A stretch of DNA of 56,737 nucleotides. Source: Alphaproteobacteria bacterium (lineage in GTDB: Bacteria > Pseudomonadota > Alphaproteobacteria > Paracaedibacterales > VGCI01). The DNA is taken from the NCBI GenBank assembly GCA_021323455.1, contig JAJONN010000008.1:1-56737 (forward strand), read 5' to 3'. Positions 26,364 to 36,229 of this stretch are shown here, piece by piece. The notes beneath the pieces were generated by a model. That model was not told where the DNA came from. It made no database searches and was given only the letters and a program-made list of their open reading frames with translations. A program made the position numbers and the translations under genes. Every line of letters starts with the position of its first letter. The first letter of the stretch is position 1.

Positions 26364-27572
26364 TCATGACTTCCGGTCTCGCACCCAGCGAAGGCAAGCT
26401 TCCTGATCTGGTTGAAAATTTTGGTCAATCCACCATTCTTCGCATCGCTTCAGGAGCGACCCGAGCTTTAGACCCGGCTTCAGTCCTATCTCCACAAGGT
26501 CTTTCCCTTTGATTGGAAAGGAAGGACGTTGCCAGCCCGCTGAAATTTTGAAAGCTTCGCCCAGAAGGGAAGGCGTCGAACTGAGGGGACGCACGGCAAG
26601 ACTCAGCATTGTCAAATCTTCAAAAAGGCGAACGCCATCGTGATATAGATTTCGATAGATGGTCTTCTCTGAGCTGGGGTAGTCGTCAAGACGGTCGTGA
26701 CAATCCTGAAGGTATTGTTTTTGCGCCCACGAAAGCCGCAAGGCTTTTGCCAGCCCCTCACTATCAAGTTGAGGCCATGAAAGGGCAGCCAGGCGGCACA
26801 GGACATTGGGCACCTTTTCAAAGGGGAGCAAGCCCTCAAGGGCCTTAAGGTTAAGGGGATGCGGTAGAATAAAAGAAGTAAGTCCTGTTTTGTCCATGAG
26901 GCTGAGGCTTGGCAGCGGCACAGGCGCCGCAAGCAATTTCAGGAACTCATGGCCAATGCGTTCCCGGGACAACCCGCCCAGCCCCTGGCAAAGATCTGCA
27001 CAGGCTTGCATGGCTTCAGGATTCACAGGGCCGTGGCCATACCACGCAAGGAATCGGAAATAACGCAAGATGCGCAAATAATCTTCCCGAATCCGCTGGT
27101 GCGCCGCGCCCACAAAGCGAATGACCCCGGATTTGAGGTCTGTCAGCCCCTCAACATAATCCAGAACCGTTCCATCCCTTTCGGCGTATAAGGCATTAAT
27201 GGTAAAGTCCCGCCGCAATGCATCTGCTTCCCAGCTCATTCCATAGACAACACGGGCGTGGCGCCCGTCTGTCTCCCAGTCTTCCCGAAGGGACGTTATT
27301 TGAAATGCCTGGCCTTCCATAACCGCTGTGACCGTCCCAAAGTCATAGCCCGTCGGAATCGATTTAATCCCCTTTTTTGTTAATAAATCCATAACCTTAT
27401 CTGGAGGCATGGGAACGGCCATGTCAATGTCATGGGCCGCCTTGCCGAGAACAGCGTCCCGGACGCACCCCCCGACGAAACGCGCAAGCACATCCTGATC
27501 CGCAAAAACCTGGATAAGTTGTTGCGCTTCTTTATCCCCCATCAGGGGAAAGTTTTCTAGATTTAGCTTCAT
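26364..27572 (-). CDS. cca: CCA-adding tRNA nucleotidyltransferase
   Basis: It has the PolyA_pol head motif GGCVRDAVLG...DIDMA and the RRDFTINA motif. It is 402 aa. Confidence 0.9.
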   Translation of the reverse strand: MKLNLENFPLMGDKEAQQLIQVFADQDVLARFVGGCVRDAVLGKAAHDIDMAVPMPPDKVMDLLTKKGIKSIPTGYDFGTVTAVMEGQAFQITSLREDWETDGRHARVVYGMSWEADALRRDFTINALYAERDGTVLDYVEGLTDLKSGVIRFVGAAHQRIREDYLRILRYFRFLAWYGHGPVNPEAMQACADLCQGLGGLSRERIGHEFLKLLAAPVPLPSLSLMDKTGLTSFILPHPLNLKALEGLLPFEKVPNVLCRLAALSWPQLDSEGLAKALRLSWAQKQYLQDCHDRLDDYPSSEKTIYRNLYHDGVRLFEDLTMLSLAVRPLSSTPSLLGEAFKISAGWQRPSFPIKGKDLVEIGLKPGLKLGSLLKRCEEWWIDQNFQPDQEACLRWVRDRKS

Positions 27573-27644
27573 GACTCATAGTATATACCCTTTCTCGACA
27601 AAAAAGCAGATTTTTGAACCCTCTTAACAACCACGCTACTGTGG

Positions 27645-27716
27645 TCATACACAAAAGTCATGTTGTGTTCATACACAAAAGTCATGTTATACTCATACGC
27701 AAAAGTCATGTTATAT
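27645..27716. repeat. Three contiguous 24-bp direct repeats in the cca/fic divergent intergenic region
   Basis: The units are TCATACACAAAAGTCATGTTGTGT (27645-27668), TCATACACAAAAGTCATGTTATAC (27669-27692) and TCATACGCAAAAGTCATGTTATAT (27693-27716). The last unit ends 32 nt before the fic ATG. Confidence 0.9.
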
Positions 27717-27747
27717 GAACACATAAACTTTGAGTGGGGAGAGGACG

Positions 27748-29244
27748 ATGGCAACCCAAGGCGAAAAGCTGGCAACGTCCCGTAAAATTCTTGCAGATCT
27801 CATCCGAGGGTCCAACCGAACGGTTTTTCGATCCACAGAATTTTCCCGCGTCCATAGGGAGCGGTTAGGACAGGCTGGCTTCCTTATTGAAATCATCAAG
27901 GGATGGCTGCTGGTTGCTGACCCAACAAAACGAGCTGGGGAAAGCACCCTATGGTATGCCAATTTCTGGAATTTCCTCTCTGTTTTTTTAGAAGAGCGGT
28001 TTGGAAGCGCCTATTGCTTGTCTGCCGAAAGCTCCCTTGCCTTGCATGTTGGCTCCCCAACCATTCCCACTCAGGTAACGGCCATAACAGAGAGGCCATC
28101 AGGCCAAACGGTTGGGCTTCCATTTAGCACGTCCCTTTTCCTCTACCAGGATGCAAAAAATCTTCCCCAGGTGCGAGAGATCAAAAATGGCCTTCAGGCA
28201 ATGGCGCTACCTGAAGCCATCTGTCGGTTAACGAAAACCTTTTTTGCGCAGCATCCTGTTGAAGCCGGGGTTGCCTTGTCGCTTGTTTCTGACCCAGGGC
28301 AACTCCTTCATTTTCTTCTTCTGCACGGCCAAACAACAATGGCTGGATATCTGGTGGGCGCCTATCGCCATATGGGTCGCCCGGATGTAGCCCAAAGGAT
28401 CCTTGAGTCGATGACAGCTGCTGGCCACAAAATTATTGTTGAAAACCCTTTTACAAAACCCGTTGCCTCCCTTCCGGCGCGCTCGGCTTCTCCCCATGCA
28501 AACCGCCTTCAAGCTCTTTGGTTTCATTACCGTTTGGTTTCATTACCGTAAAGCCGTATTGAATGCTTTTCCTGCCGCTCCCGGACTTCCTCATCATTCC
28601 AAGACCTATCTGTCAGCCGTTGACGGGCATTATGTGAAAGATGCTTATAACTCCCTGTCCATTGAAGGTTATCAAGTGTCGCCAACATTGATTGAAAAGG
28701 TCTATCAGGGCGCATGGGATCCTGTCGAGAACCCGGGCGACGCTTCCCAGAGAGACGCCCTTGCCGCCAAAGGGTACCACCTTGCCTTTGAGGCCGTCCG
28801 CACCAGCCTTTAAAAGAAGACCTTCCGCGATGGTATAGGTCCCTGTTCTCTCCTTCTGTGCAAGCAGGGATCCTTCAAGACTACCACCTGGCTGGATACC
28901 GCTCACATCAAGTCTATATCCAAAATTCACGGCATGTTCCGTTTCCCCAAAATGCGTTATTGGACAGCATGGATATGTTATTTGACCTCCTTGAGCGAGA
29001 AGAAAGTCCAGCCGTTCGCGCTGTTCTGGGTCATTTTTTCTTTGTCCACATCCATCCTTACAGCGATGGTAATGGCCGTCTTGGCCGTTTCCTGATGAAT
29101 GTTATGATGGCGTCCGGGGGATATCCGTGGACGATCATACCTGTTGCCAGACGTGCAGAATATATGAACGCGCTGGAGCAAGCGTCATGCGAAGATAATA
29201 TTTTTGATTTTGTGGATTTTATAAAATCGTTGGGGTTTGAGTAA
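27748..29244 (+). pseudogene. Fic-family (AMPylase-type) protein, disrupted by two frameshifts
   Basis: Three colinear ORF pieces cover the gene: 27730..28551, 28436..28813 and 28858..29244. The last carries an intact Fic motif H-P-Y-S-D-G-N-G-R-L-G-R. The first break coincides with a 16-bp tandem duplication (28517-28548). The second lies near 28805-28831. The ATG at 27748 has GGAG upstream. Confidence 0.85.
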
Positions 29245-29405
29245 GGAGAGAGACTGGATTTTTTATTTTGCAAAAATACATGAATCCCGGGTGCTAAGGT
29301 TTTGTAGCGTTTTATTGATACGAAAACGAACACACCCTAAGACCCGGGATGGTACGGATGGGACTATTTATAATGTGGAAAAATCTAAGCGTATCTTTTT
29401 CAGCT

Positions 29406-30290
29406 CTAGTCTTGTTGCTCTTCCGCCTTCCCTTCGTCTACTTTTTCAACCTTGTTCATTATATCCTCAGGACTTTGAAAAAAATCGCGCAAAGGAAGAA
29501 GATCCAAACCCGCTAATACACCGTCAATGTTTTCAACTTTACCACTTACAAACTCCTGAGGATCTATCCTTTGTACTTGCTTAGCGTCCCAAAAGCTTCC
29601 ACCATAACGCACCTTGCAGTTTTGTCCTGTATGAACGATAGCCAACAAGTTTTTAAGAGCAGCTTGCTGCTCAGGCGCACACTCCTGATTTCCCTGGTCA
29701 ATAAATGCGACTTCGAGAGAGCGGCTATTCCATATCCCTGCCATTTGGCCCTTTTCATTCCTTAACAAATTGGCATGAATGAGAATAGTGCCATCTTGCG
29801 CTATAATCGCGTGGGAAGAAAAACCGTTGGGCGTCCAAAAATCATCAAGGAAATCAGGTTGGCCTGAACGTGTCAGGATGAGCGTATTAACGTGATAACC
29901 AGCTGCAAAAAGAGGGCGGTAGGCCGCATAATCTCTCTCACTACCATTTTGCCTTGGCGCGCCTGGAAACCCGGTAATGTCATAAATAAGTTGCCCCTCT
30001 GAAGAGTGAAGGGAAGGCTCTACATGCCAATAGCCGGATACACGTTCAAAGCCCGGCATCGTATTCATACGCAAAGCCTGCGGACGTTCCTCACCACCTT
30101 GCCAAATCTGCGTAAGCTCCGCTTCCTGCGCTCCGAAGCTTTGGGTTATGGTCCCACAAAGAATGAATACGAAAGGAATAATTTTCTTCTTAAGGTTTGT
30201 TGCGGTTTCTTTTAATTTTAATTTTTCCGCCCAGTGACTATTTTTTGAAACTCCTGTATTTTTGTTTTTTTGGTCTAAACCTTTCATCAT
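29406..30290 (-). CDS. Exported Amidase_2/PGRP-like (AmpD-fold) protein, probably non-catalytic
   Basis: It has an N-terminal signal-anchor. The core SSHAIIAQDGTILI...GQMAGIWNSRSLEVAF...RIDPQEF aligns by eye with AmpD SAHFLIRRDG...AWHAG..N..SIGIE...KTDPG. The positions of two Zn-binding His residues read T and G. Confidence 0.45.
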   Translation of the reverse strand: MMKGLDQKNKNTGVSKNSHWAEKLKLKETATNLKKKIIPFVFILCGTITQSFGAQEAELTQIWQGGEERPQALRMNTMPGFERVSGYWHVEPSLHSSEGQLIYDITGFPGAPRQNGSERDYAAYRPLFAAGYHVNTLILTRSGQPDFLDDFWTPNGFSSHAIIAQDGTILIHANLLRNEKGQMAGIWNSRSLEVAFIDQGNQECAPEQQAALKNLLAIVHTGQNCKVRYGGSFWDAKQVQRIDPQEFVSGKVENIDGVLAGLDLLPLRDFFQSPEDIMNKVEKVDEGKAEEQQD

Positions 30291-30485
30291 GATAACCTCC
30301 TTTGATGATTAAACCCTTAAGCCAGACACGGCTCTCAAGGTAAAACCAATATACCTCTTAACCATTTTTAAGTAAATATGGTTCCTTGCTACAGAAGGTT
30401 TTTAAGATAGCGGAAAACGGTGTCTTTTCTTTGTGGCGAAAACTGTTATCGTAAAAACTGTAGGGTGGTAAAAGCTTGTTCATAT

Positions 30486-31682
30486 TTATACCCCCATGGC
30501 ATGGCGCATGAGGCGCCGCTTCAGAGGGGAGATTTGGTTGACAATCCCCAGGCCCGTATTGCGCAAGAAAGACAAGGCGCTGGATTGGTTAGAAAACAGG
30601 CGGACCATACCATCGGTCATCGCCAAAATGGACAGCGTGTCCAACCGGCGGCGGCGCTGGTAATCTTGCAAAAGGGTTTTTGCACCGATATCAAGACCTA
30701 ATCCCCTAGCTTTCCCTAAAACATTCGCCAGGGTTTGTGCGTCCCGCCATCCCAGGTTCACGCCTTGTCCAGCGACAGGGTGGACGGTGTGCGCTGCATC
30801 CCCCACAATGACCAGACGATGGTCAACCGTACCTTTGGTAACCATGGCCCCCAAAGGATAAGACCATCGTTTTCCCGACACCTGGATATCTCCGAAATAA
30901 GGGAAGAGTTCTTGAAGCTCCGCTGAAATCGCTGTGTCATCCAGCTCCAGGAGCCGATGGATATCGTCGGGCGCCCCTGTCCACACAATTCCCGAACGAT
31001 AAGTCCCCGTTGTGGGGCAAGTTCGTAACGGGAGAATGGCAAAAGGTCCCTGAGGCTGAAATATCTCCCAGGCTGATCCCTGGTGCGGTTTTTCATGGGA
31101 GACATGGGCAATCAAAGCCATCTGCCTATAATCCCACCGCAGAGTCTTAATGCCCGCTTCATCCCGCGTGGGGGATAGGCGTCCTTCCGCGCCAACCAAT
31201 AAGGAGGCTTTAAGGATCCTGCCATCGGCCAGATGGACAGCAACACCTTCCGGGTTCCGCTCTGTCCAGGTCACGCTTGCTGGAGCCATCCAAGTCACAT
31301 AATCCAACGCCTCTTTCGCCCGATGAAAAATTCCTTGCCGCAAAGTGCGGTTTTCCACGATATAACCCATGGGCGCTTCCCCGATATCCCGATGGTCATA
31401 ATAAACCGCCCACGGTGAACCCTGTTCAAAGACACGGATATCAAGAATCGGCTCTGCCGTATGTTCAACCTTACCCCAAATGCCGAGTTCGTCAAAAATA
31501 AGCCTGGATCCATAAGACACAGCGGTTGTCCGGCCGTCTAAATCTGGTTTCAGCAGATCTTGTGAAGGCTCCTGATCAATAACCGCCACAAAAAATCCCT
31601 GTTGAGCCAGCGCAATCGCCAATGGTCCGCCTACCAATCCACCGCCAACAACCACAATGTCAACTTTGGAGGGATTTACCAT
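30486..31682 (-). CDS. FAD-dependent ubiquinone-biosynthesis hydroxylase (UbiH/UbiF/VisC/COQ6 family)
   Basis: It has the GxGxxG motif (VVVGGGLVGG), DG....S motif and GDAAH..HP.AGQG motif (VGDAAHTVHPVAGQGVNLG). Confidence 0.85.
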   Translation of the reverse strand: MVNPSKVDIVVVGGGLVGGPLAIALAQQGFFVAVIDQEPSQDLLKPDLDGRTTAVSYGSRLIFDELGIWGKVEHTAEPILDIRVFEQGSPWAVYYDHRDIGEAPMGYIVENRTLRQGIFHRAKEALDYVTWMAPASVTWTERNPEGVAVHLADGRILKASLLVGAEGRLSPTRDEAGIKTLRWDYRQMALIAHVSHEKPHQGSAWEIFQPQGPFAILPLRTCPTTGTYRSGIVWTGAPDDIHRLLELDDTAISAELQELFPYFGDIQVSGKRWSYPLGAMVTKGTVDHRLVIVGDAAHTVHPVAGQGVNLGWRDAQTLANVLGKARGLGLDIGAKTLLQDYQRRRRLDTLSILAMTDGMVRLFSNQSSALSFLRNTGLGIVNQISPLKRRLMRHAMGV

Positions 31683-32212
31683 GGTAAGGCCCCTAATTGT
31701 TTTAATCCTCGGTCTAAACTCACAAGTGTCTGTTCCTGCTGGGGCGTATCGTCATAAATCCAGACATAAAAGACATATAGGAAAAAGGCAAAATAAGCAC
31801 GCAACCGAATAGGCCCCCAAAGGCTGCCCTCTTCAACGCCGCATTCTTTCAAAATACGGGCCACCATTTTCATAAGATAGGGACGTAACGCCAACAGCGT
31901 CAAAGGCATTGACATCAAGTCACCCCACAAGCGACGTATCGCCTGTCGGTGAACCAGGCAGGCATCCAGGTGGGCCATCACCATATCCGTTAACCGGTCG
32001 TGCGGAGAAGTAGATACAGAAAATGCAGGCAAGGCGCTCATCGTTTGGTTGTGAATTTCCTCCATGAGGACCAGAACCATAAAGGATGGATCAGGATAAA
32101 GGGACTCCAACTCAAGCACACCTCGTCCTGTTTCTTTTGCCAACCGGTCAATCGTCAAGGCAGCCATGCCCCCTTCACTTGCCAATTTCCAAATTGCCGG
32201 TCCCTCATTCAT
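31676..32212 (-). CDS. TetR-like regulator
   Basis: An N-terminal HTH-like segment (GGMAALTIDRLAKETGRGVLELESLYPD) precedes a helical C-terminal domain. Its stop/start codons overlap proC and the hydroxylase gene. Confidence 0.55.
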   Translation of the reverse strand: MNEGPAIWKLASEGGMAALTIDRLAKETGRGVLELESLYPDPSFMVLVLMEEIHNQTMSALPAFSVSTSPHDRLTDMVMAHLDACLVHRQAIRRLWGDLMSMPLTLLALRPYLMKMVARILKECGVEEGSLWGPIRLRAYFAFFLYVFYVWIYDDTPQQEQTLVSLDRGLKQLGALPW

Positions 32213-32991
32213 TGGGACAATTCCTGTCCTCTATGAATTGCTGCCTTCACAGCCATGCGCGTCAACTTGGCTAACGCATCTCCCTGGTCAAAGGCGCTTA
32301 AAGCTGCCGCCGTCGTGCCGCCCCGGCTCGTAACATGGGCGCGTAAATCTGCCGCGGTGTCGGACGCATGCTCAAGCATGGCCCCTGCCCCTATGGCTGT
32401 TTGTCGTGCCAAGGCCATCGCCAAATCTGGCGGCAAACCGCACACCACACCCGCCGCCGCCAAACACTCCACCATCCGAAAAAAATACGCAGGGCCACTG
32501 CCAGATACCGCTGTGACCACATCCATCAGGCTCTCCTTATCCAGCCAGATAACCTTCCCGGTAGTTTCAAAGACAGCCTCTCCCAAAGCCCGATGTTCTT
32601 CATTTAACGGGCGCTGGGTTGCAAGGGCCGTCATGCCTTGCCCTACGATCACTGGCAGGTTTGGCATTGCCCGAATAATACTCTCTTCTTCTCCCAAAAT
32701 TGTATGGTAAGTGGACAAGGAGGTCCCTGCCGCAATAGACAAGAATAAACATCCTTGCCCAGAAAACCGCTGATAAAGCGGCAAGGTTTCAGGAAGCATT
32801 TGGGGTTTCAGGGCAAAGATGACGGCATCAGGGACATAATCCTCCGGCACTGCCGTTATATTAGGCAAATACTGGGAATGGGAGGGGTCAATCACAACGA
32901 CGTCAAAAGGAGCGTTTGCGTTTTCCCAGCCTTGTTTCAAGGCCCCACCCATGACGCCGCACCCAACAAGAAGAAATTTAGCCCGTTGCAT
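32209..32991 (-). CDS. proC: Pyrroline-5-carboxylate reductase
   Basis: It has an NAD(P) fold (LLVGCGVMGGAL) and the C-terminal signature VTSRGGTTAAAL. Confidence 0.92.
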   Translation of the reverse strand: MQRAKFLLVGCGVMGGALKQGWENANAPFDVVVIDPSHSQYLPNITAVPEDYVPDAVIFALKPQMLPETLPLYQRFSGQGCLFLSIAAGTSLSTYHTILGEEESIIRAMPNLPVIVGQGMTALATQRPLNEEHRALGEAVFETTGKVIWLDKESLMDVVTAVSGSGPAYFFRMVECLAAAGVVCGLPPDLAMALARQTAIGAGAMLEHASDTAADLRAHVTSRGGTTAAALSAFDQGDALAKLTRMAVKAAIHRGQELSQ

Positions 32992-33062
32992 TTTAGCCTT
33001 CCTTTCTCCCTAACCCTAGACAAGCGTCAGCGCTAAGGGCGCTTATAATCAGAACTGACTTC

Positions 33063-33557
33063 TCAAGCTTCCCCGACAGTATCAATCAAGCCCATTTGCA
33101 AGGCATCTTCAGGCGGAACATCATGGGTTAACAAGGTACCAAAGACAGGGTAAAATGTTTCGCATTCCCCAATAATGGTATCCATCAGCTCTTCTATTTG
33201 CGGAATTACATCTTTGGATTTATGGCTCTGTAACGGCAGGGCATACCGGAAAACAATCCATTGGTCCTCTACCAAATCAAAGTGTCCCATCCACAACCGA
33301 CGGTTAACCAGCGTCAATAACTCATAAATACCCGTCGGCAAGGAATCAGGGACTTTTAAATCTAAAAAACAAGCCAAGTAAAGGAGGCGAGACTCCACTT
33401 GCCAGCAGAGATGGAATCGATATTCCCCCCAATGGCCGGGAATATCAATGATCAATTCATCGGAATGTAACCTCTCCCAACTCCACAAGGCTTCATCCGC
33501 AATTTCCGCTGCGACGCTCAAGGGATCAAAATTTCCTATTTTTTTTGCCGCAATCAT
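33063..33557 (-). CDS. YbjN-domain protein
   Basis: It is an acidic 164-aa protein. Its position upstream of proC and its sequence pattern recall the YbjN family. This is recognition from memory only. Confidence 0.55.
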   Translation of the reverse strand: MIAAKKIGNFDPLSVAAEIADEALWSWERLHSDELIIDIPGHWGEYRFHLCWQVESRLLYLACFLDLKVPDSLPTGIYELLTLVNRRLWMGHFDLVEDQWIVFRYALPLQSHKSKDVIPQIEELMDTIIGECETFYPVFGTLLTHDVPPEDALQMGLIDTVGEA

Positions 33558-34102
33558 CAGCCGGAACTTTTCTTTTCAAACAAAATCTGTACCGCATCAT
33601 CCCTTATTTTGGGCTTATTTTCAAGCGTTGACATTTTTTGGCAATTTATAGTTGCGTAAAGAGATCAAAGACAATACATTGAGAAAGCCTGTTGGTAAAG
33701 CTACGGCAAGCCAGGCTCCCTTAAAATTTGACACCTCATGCACTTTAAATTTTCTCAGTATCTTATCTATGGTGTTGAAAAAACAATAAAGATAGAGGAT
33801 AAAAGCTACCTATGTTCATAATAGCAGGGTTCATGACCTAACATTGCCCAACATACAAAAACTCACGAAAGCAAATACAACCTGATCATCAGCATAAGGT
33901 CATTTCCTTCATAACATTGCGATCAGGTACTACAAAAAAATTATTGAAGAAATAAGCGTTGATACGGCAAGCTTTTTCACAAAAGCCACATATATTTTCT
34001 CTTTTTTTTTAAAAGCTTAAAAGAATTTTAACCAATTAGCGATAAATTTAAATGGAAAGCAAAGTTTTTTAAGAGGTGTATTTATGAAGGAAACTTATTT
34101 TA

Positions 34103-34498
34103 GTGGTAAAGGTTGAGTTGGATCGGATGAAAATCCGGGATATTAACAACGTCCAATGTCTTGTCCTCTATAACGTGGGACGAGGACAGGTTACTGTTGG
34201 GGAACTTACAAACAGGGGATATTATCTCGGATCCAATGTTTCCTATAATTTGCGCAAAATGGTTCAAAATAACTATTTACTTCAGGAACCAAGCGCCCAT
34301 GACCGCCGCTCCAGCCATGTAAAGCTCTCAGAAAAAGGCCTAAAGCTGCATGACAAGCTGGATGAATTGTTCACAATGCATGCCAAGGCCCTTGCACGCG
34401 AAGGCATAGACGCTGCCAAGGCAGATGAACTCGATGGCATGCTCACCAGTCTTGAAGGCTTCTGGACAAATTTGTTGACTCACGATCTACGACGCTAA
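34103..34498 (+). CDS. Winged-helix (MarR-like) transcriptional regulator upstream of psd-pssA
   Basis: The segment GELTNRGYYLGSNVSYNLRKMVQNNYLLQEPSAHDRRSSHVKLSEKG gives a recognition helix plus wing. It has a GTG start. Confidence 0.7.
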   Translation: MVKVELDRMKIRDINNVQCLVLYNVGRGQVTVGELTNRGYYLGSNVSYNLRKMVQNNYLLQEPSAHDRRSSHVKLSEKGLKLHDKLDELFTMHAKALAREGIDAAKADELDGMLTSLEGFWTNLLTHDLRR

Positions 34499-34520
34499 GG
34501 GAAGCGTAATATAGGAAAAG

Positions 34521-34548
34521 GAGGAGGCTGCATAGCCTCCTCTTTATT
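34521..34548 (+). terminator. Rho-independent terminator
   Basis: A 9-bp stem pairs GAGGAGGCT with AGCCTCCTC around loop GCAT. TTTATT follows. Confidence 0.7.
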
Positions 34549-34643
34549 GCTTGGCTCTTGACCCTTGGATTCTCCCCTTGAATTTTTTCACGCTTCAAGG
34601 CAGTGTGGAAAAATAACTCTATTCAAGGAGCCAATAAGAAACG

Positions 34644-35342
34644 ATGTCCCTTTTCCTGCCCATCCGCATTCACCCTGAAGGGTGGCGTTTTATTGGTATT
34701 TTTGCAACTCTTGCCTTTGCCTTGTTTTTTGTGCTTCAGCCTCTTGGGTGGCTTGCTGTAATCCTAACTGGATGGTGTGCTTATTTCTTTCGTAACCCCA
34801 AACGTATTACGCCAACTCAGGAAGGTTTGGTTATCAGCCCCGCCGATGGCATTGTGTGCGCCATCAAAACCATGGTTCCTCCCCCTAGACTTGGCATGGG
34901 TGAGACCCCTCGCCTTCGTGTCAGCATTTTCTTGAATGTTTTTGATGTGCATGTGAACCGCTTGCCGATCGGTGGAAAAATTATCAAGTCCATCTACCAG
35001 CCTGGGCAATTCTTTAATGCGGCCCTAGATAAAGCCAGTGACCATAATGAACAGCAATCTCTTGTGATTCAATGCGCTGATCAGACTAAGATTGCGGTTG
35101 TCCAGATCGCGGGTCTTATCGCGCGTCGGATCGTGTGTAACGTCAAGGAAGGGGATGTTGCTCAAACAGGCGCTGTGTTCGGGTTAATCCGTTTCGGCAG
35201 CCGAGTAGATATTTACTTACCCGAAGGTGTGGATCCTCTTATTATTGAAGGACAACGCATGATCGCAGGAGAAACCCCCATCGCTAATTTAAGCATAAAA
35301 GAGACGCCCCAGACAGCCATCCCCCAAGGGATTTGCCATTAA
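34644..35342 (+). CDS. psd: Phosphatidylserine decarboxylase proenzyme (short type)
   Basis: It has an N-terminal TM pair and the self-cleavage G-S motif in LIRFGSRVDIYLP. Confidence 0.92.
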   Translation: MSLFLPIRIHPEGWRFIGIFATLAFALFFVLQPLGWLAVILTGWCAYFFRNPKRITPTQEGLVISPADGIVCAIKTMVPPPRLGMGETPRLRVSIFLNVFDVHVNRLPIGGKIIKSIYQPGQFFNAALDKASDHNEQQSLVIQCADQTKIAVVQIAGLIARRIVCNVKEGDVAQTGAVFGLIRFGSRVDIYLPEGVDPLIIEGQRMIAGETPIANLSIKETPQTAIPQGICH

Positions 35343-36196
35343 TGGCTTGGAAAGGGAAAAAGTCTGCTGCTCTCAATAGCAAACCAAAAAAACGCAGCAA
35401 TCTGAGGACACGATTGCCAGCAAGGCTCGCTAAGCGCCCGCTCCAGGGTTATTCCTTATCTGCGATGCTTCCAAATATCGCCACCGTTCTCGCTCTATGC
35501 ACGGGGTTAAGCGCCATTCGCTTTGCCTTACAAGAACGATGGGAGTGGTGCGTAACGGCCATTCTGATTGCCGGAATTCTCGATGCAATCGATGGACGGC
35601 TGGCCCGTTTTCTGGGGAGCACAAGCCGCTTCGGTGCAGAACTCGACTCCCTGTCAGATTTTATCAGTTTCGGCGTCACCCCCGCTTTGGTCATGTATTT
35701 CTTTACCCTTCATCAATGGGGTGGGGTTGGCTGGGCCTTCGTCTTGCTGTTCAGCGTTTGTATGGCCTTGCGCCTTGCGCGTTTTAACACCGGTAGCATC
35801 GAGGGGACATCCCCGGCCTGGGCAGCGGCCTATTCTACCGGAATGCCCGCTCCAGCTGCAGCAGCCTTGGCCATAAGCCCTATTGTCTTGTCTTTTGAAT
35901 GGCCTTGGGCATTTATCATCAGTCCCCTTTTCTGTGGGACAATTTTATTGGCAGTTGCCATTTTGATGATCAGCGCAATGCCGATATATACGTTGAAAAA
36001 AGTTCATATTCCCCACAAATTTGTGGTGCCCTTCATGGTGATTATTGTCCTTCTTACCGCCACCTTATTCAGCAAACCATGGTTAATGCTGACGCTTATG
36101 GCCATTGGGTATGTAGGCACAATTCCTTTTAGCATTGCGTCCTATCGGAAAACGGCACGGGAGCAAGCATTAGAAATGAAGGCTGAAAAACCTTAG
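35333..36196 (+). CDS. pssA: CDP-diacylglycerol--serine O-phosphatidyltransferase
   Basis: It has the CDP-alcohol phosphatidyltransferase motif D-x2-DG-x2-AR-x8-G-x3-D-x3-D (DAIDGRLARFLGSTSRFGAELDSLSD). Confidence 0.9.
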   Translation: MPLMAWKGKKSAALNSKPKKRSNLRTRLPARLAKRPLQGYSLSAMLPNIATVLALCTGLSAIRFALQERWEWCVTAILIAGILDAIDGRLARFLGSTSRFGAELDSLSDFISFGVTPALVMYFFTLHQWGGVGWAFVLLFSVCMALRLARFNTGSIEGTSPAWAAAYSTGMPAPAAAALAISPIVLSFEWPWAFIISPLFCGTILLAVAILMISAMPIYTLKKVHIPHKFVVPFMVIIVLLTATLFSKPWLMLTLMAIGYVGTIPFSIASYRKTAREQALEMKAEKP

Positions 36197-36229
36197 ATAA
36201 CAGACCTTTCAGTGACCTGCTGTACCAGG

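Noticed and set aside
27645-27716. Possible CRISPR array.
   Set aside because: The repeats are contiguous with no spacers, there are only three units, and no cas genes are present.
27569-27775. A 68-aa minus-strand ORF with the repeated peptide YNMTF(A/V)YE(Y/H)NMTFVY.
   Set aside because: It is simply the translation of the three 24-bp direct repeats. It overlaps the cca start and has no RBS, so it is treated as non-coding.
33628-33655. A TTGACA ... TATAGT promoter in the long AT-rich spacer.
   Set aside because: The spacer between the hexamers is only 13 nt, outside the functional 16-18 nt range.
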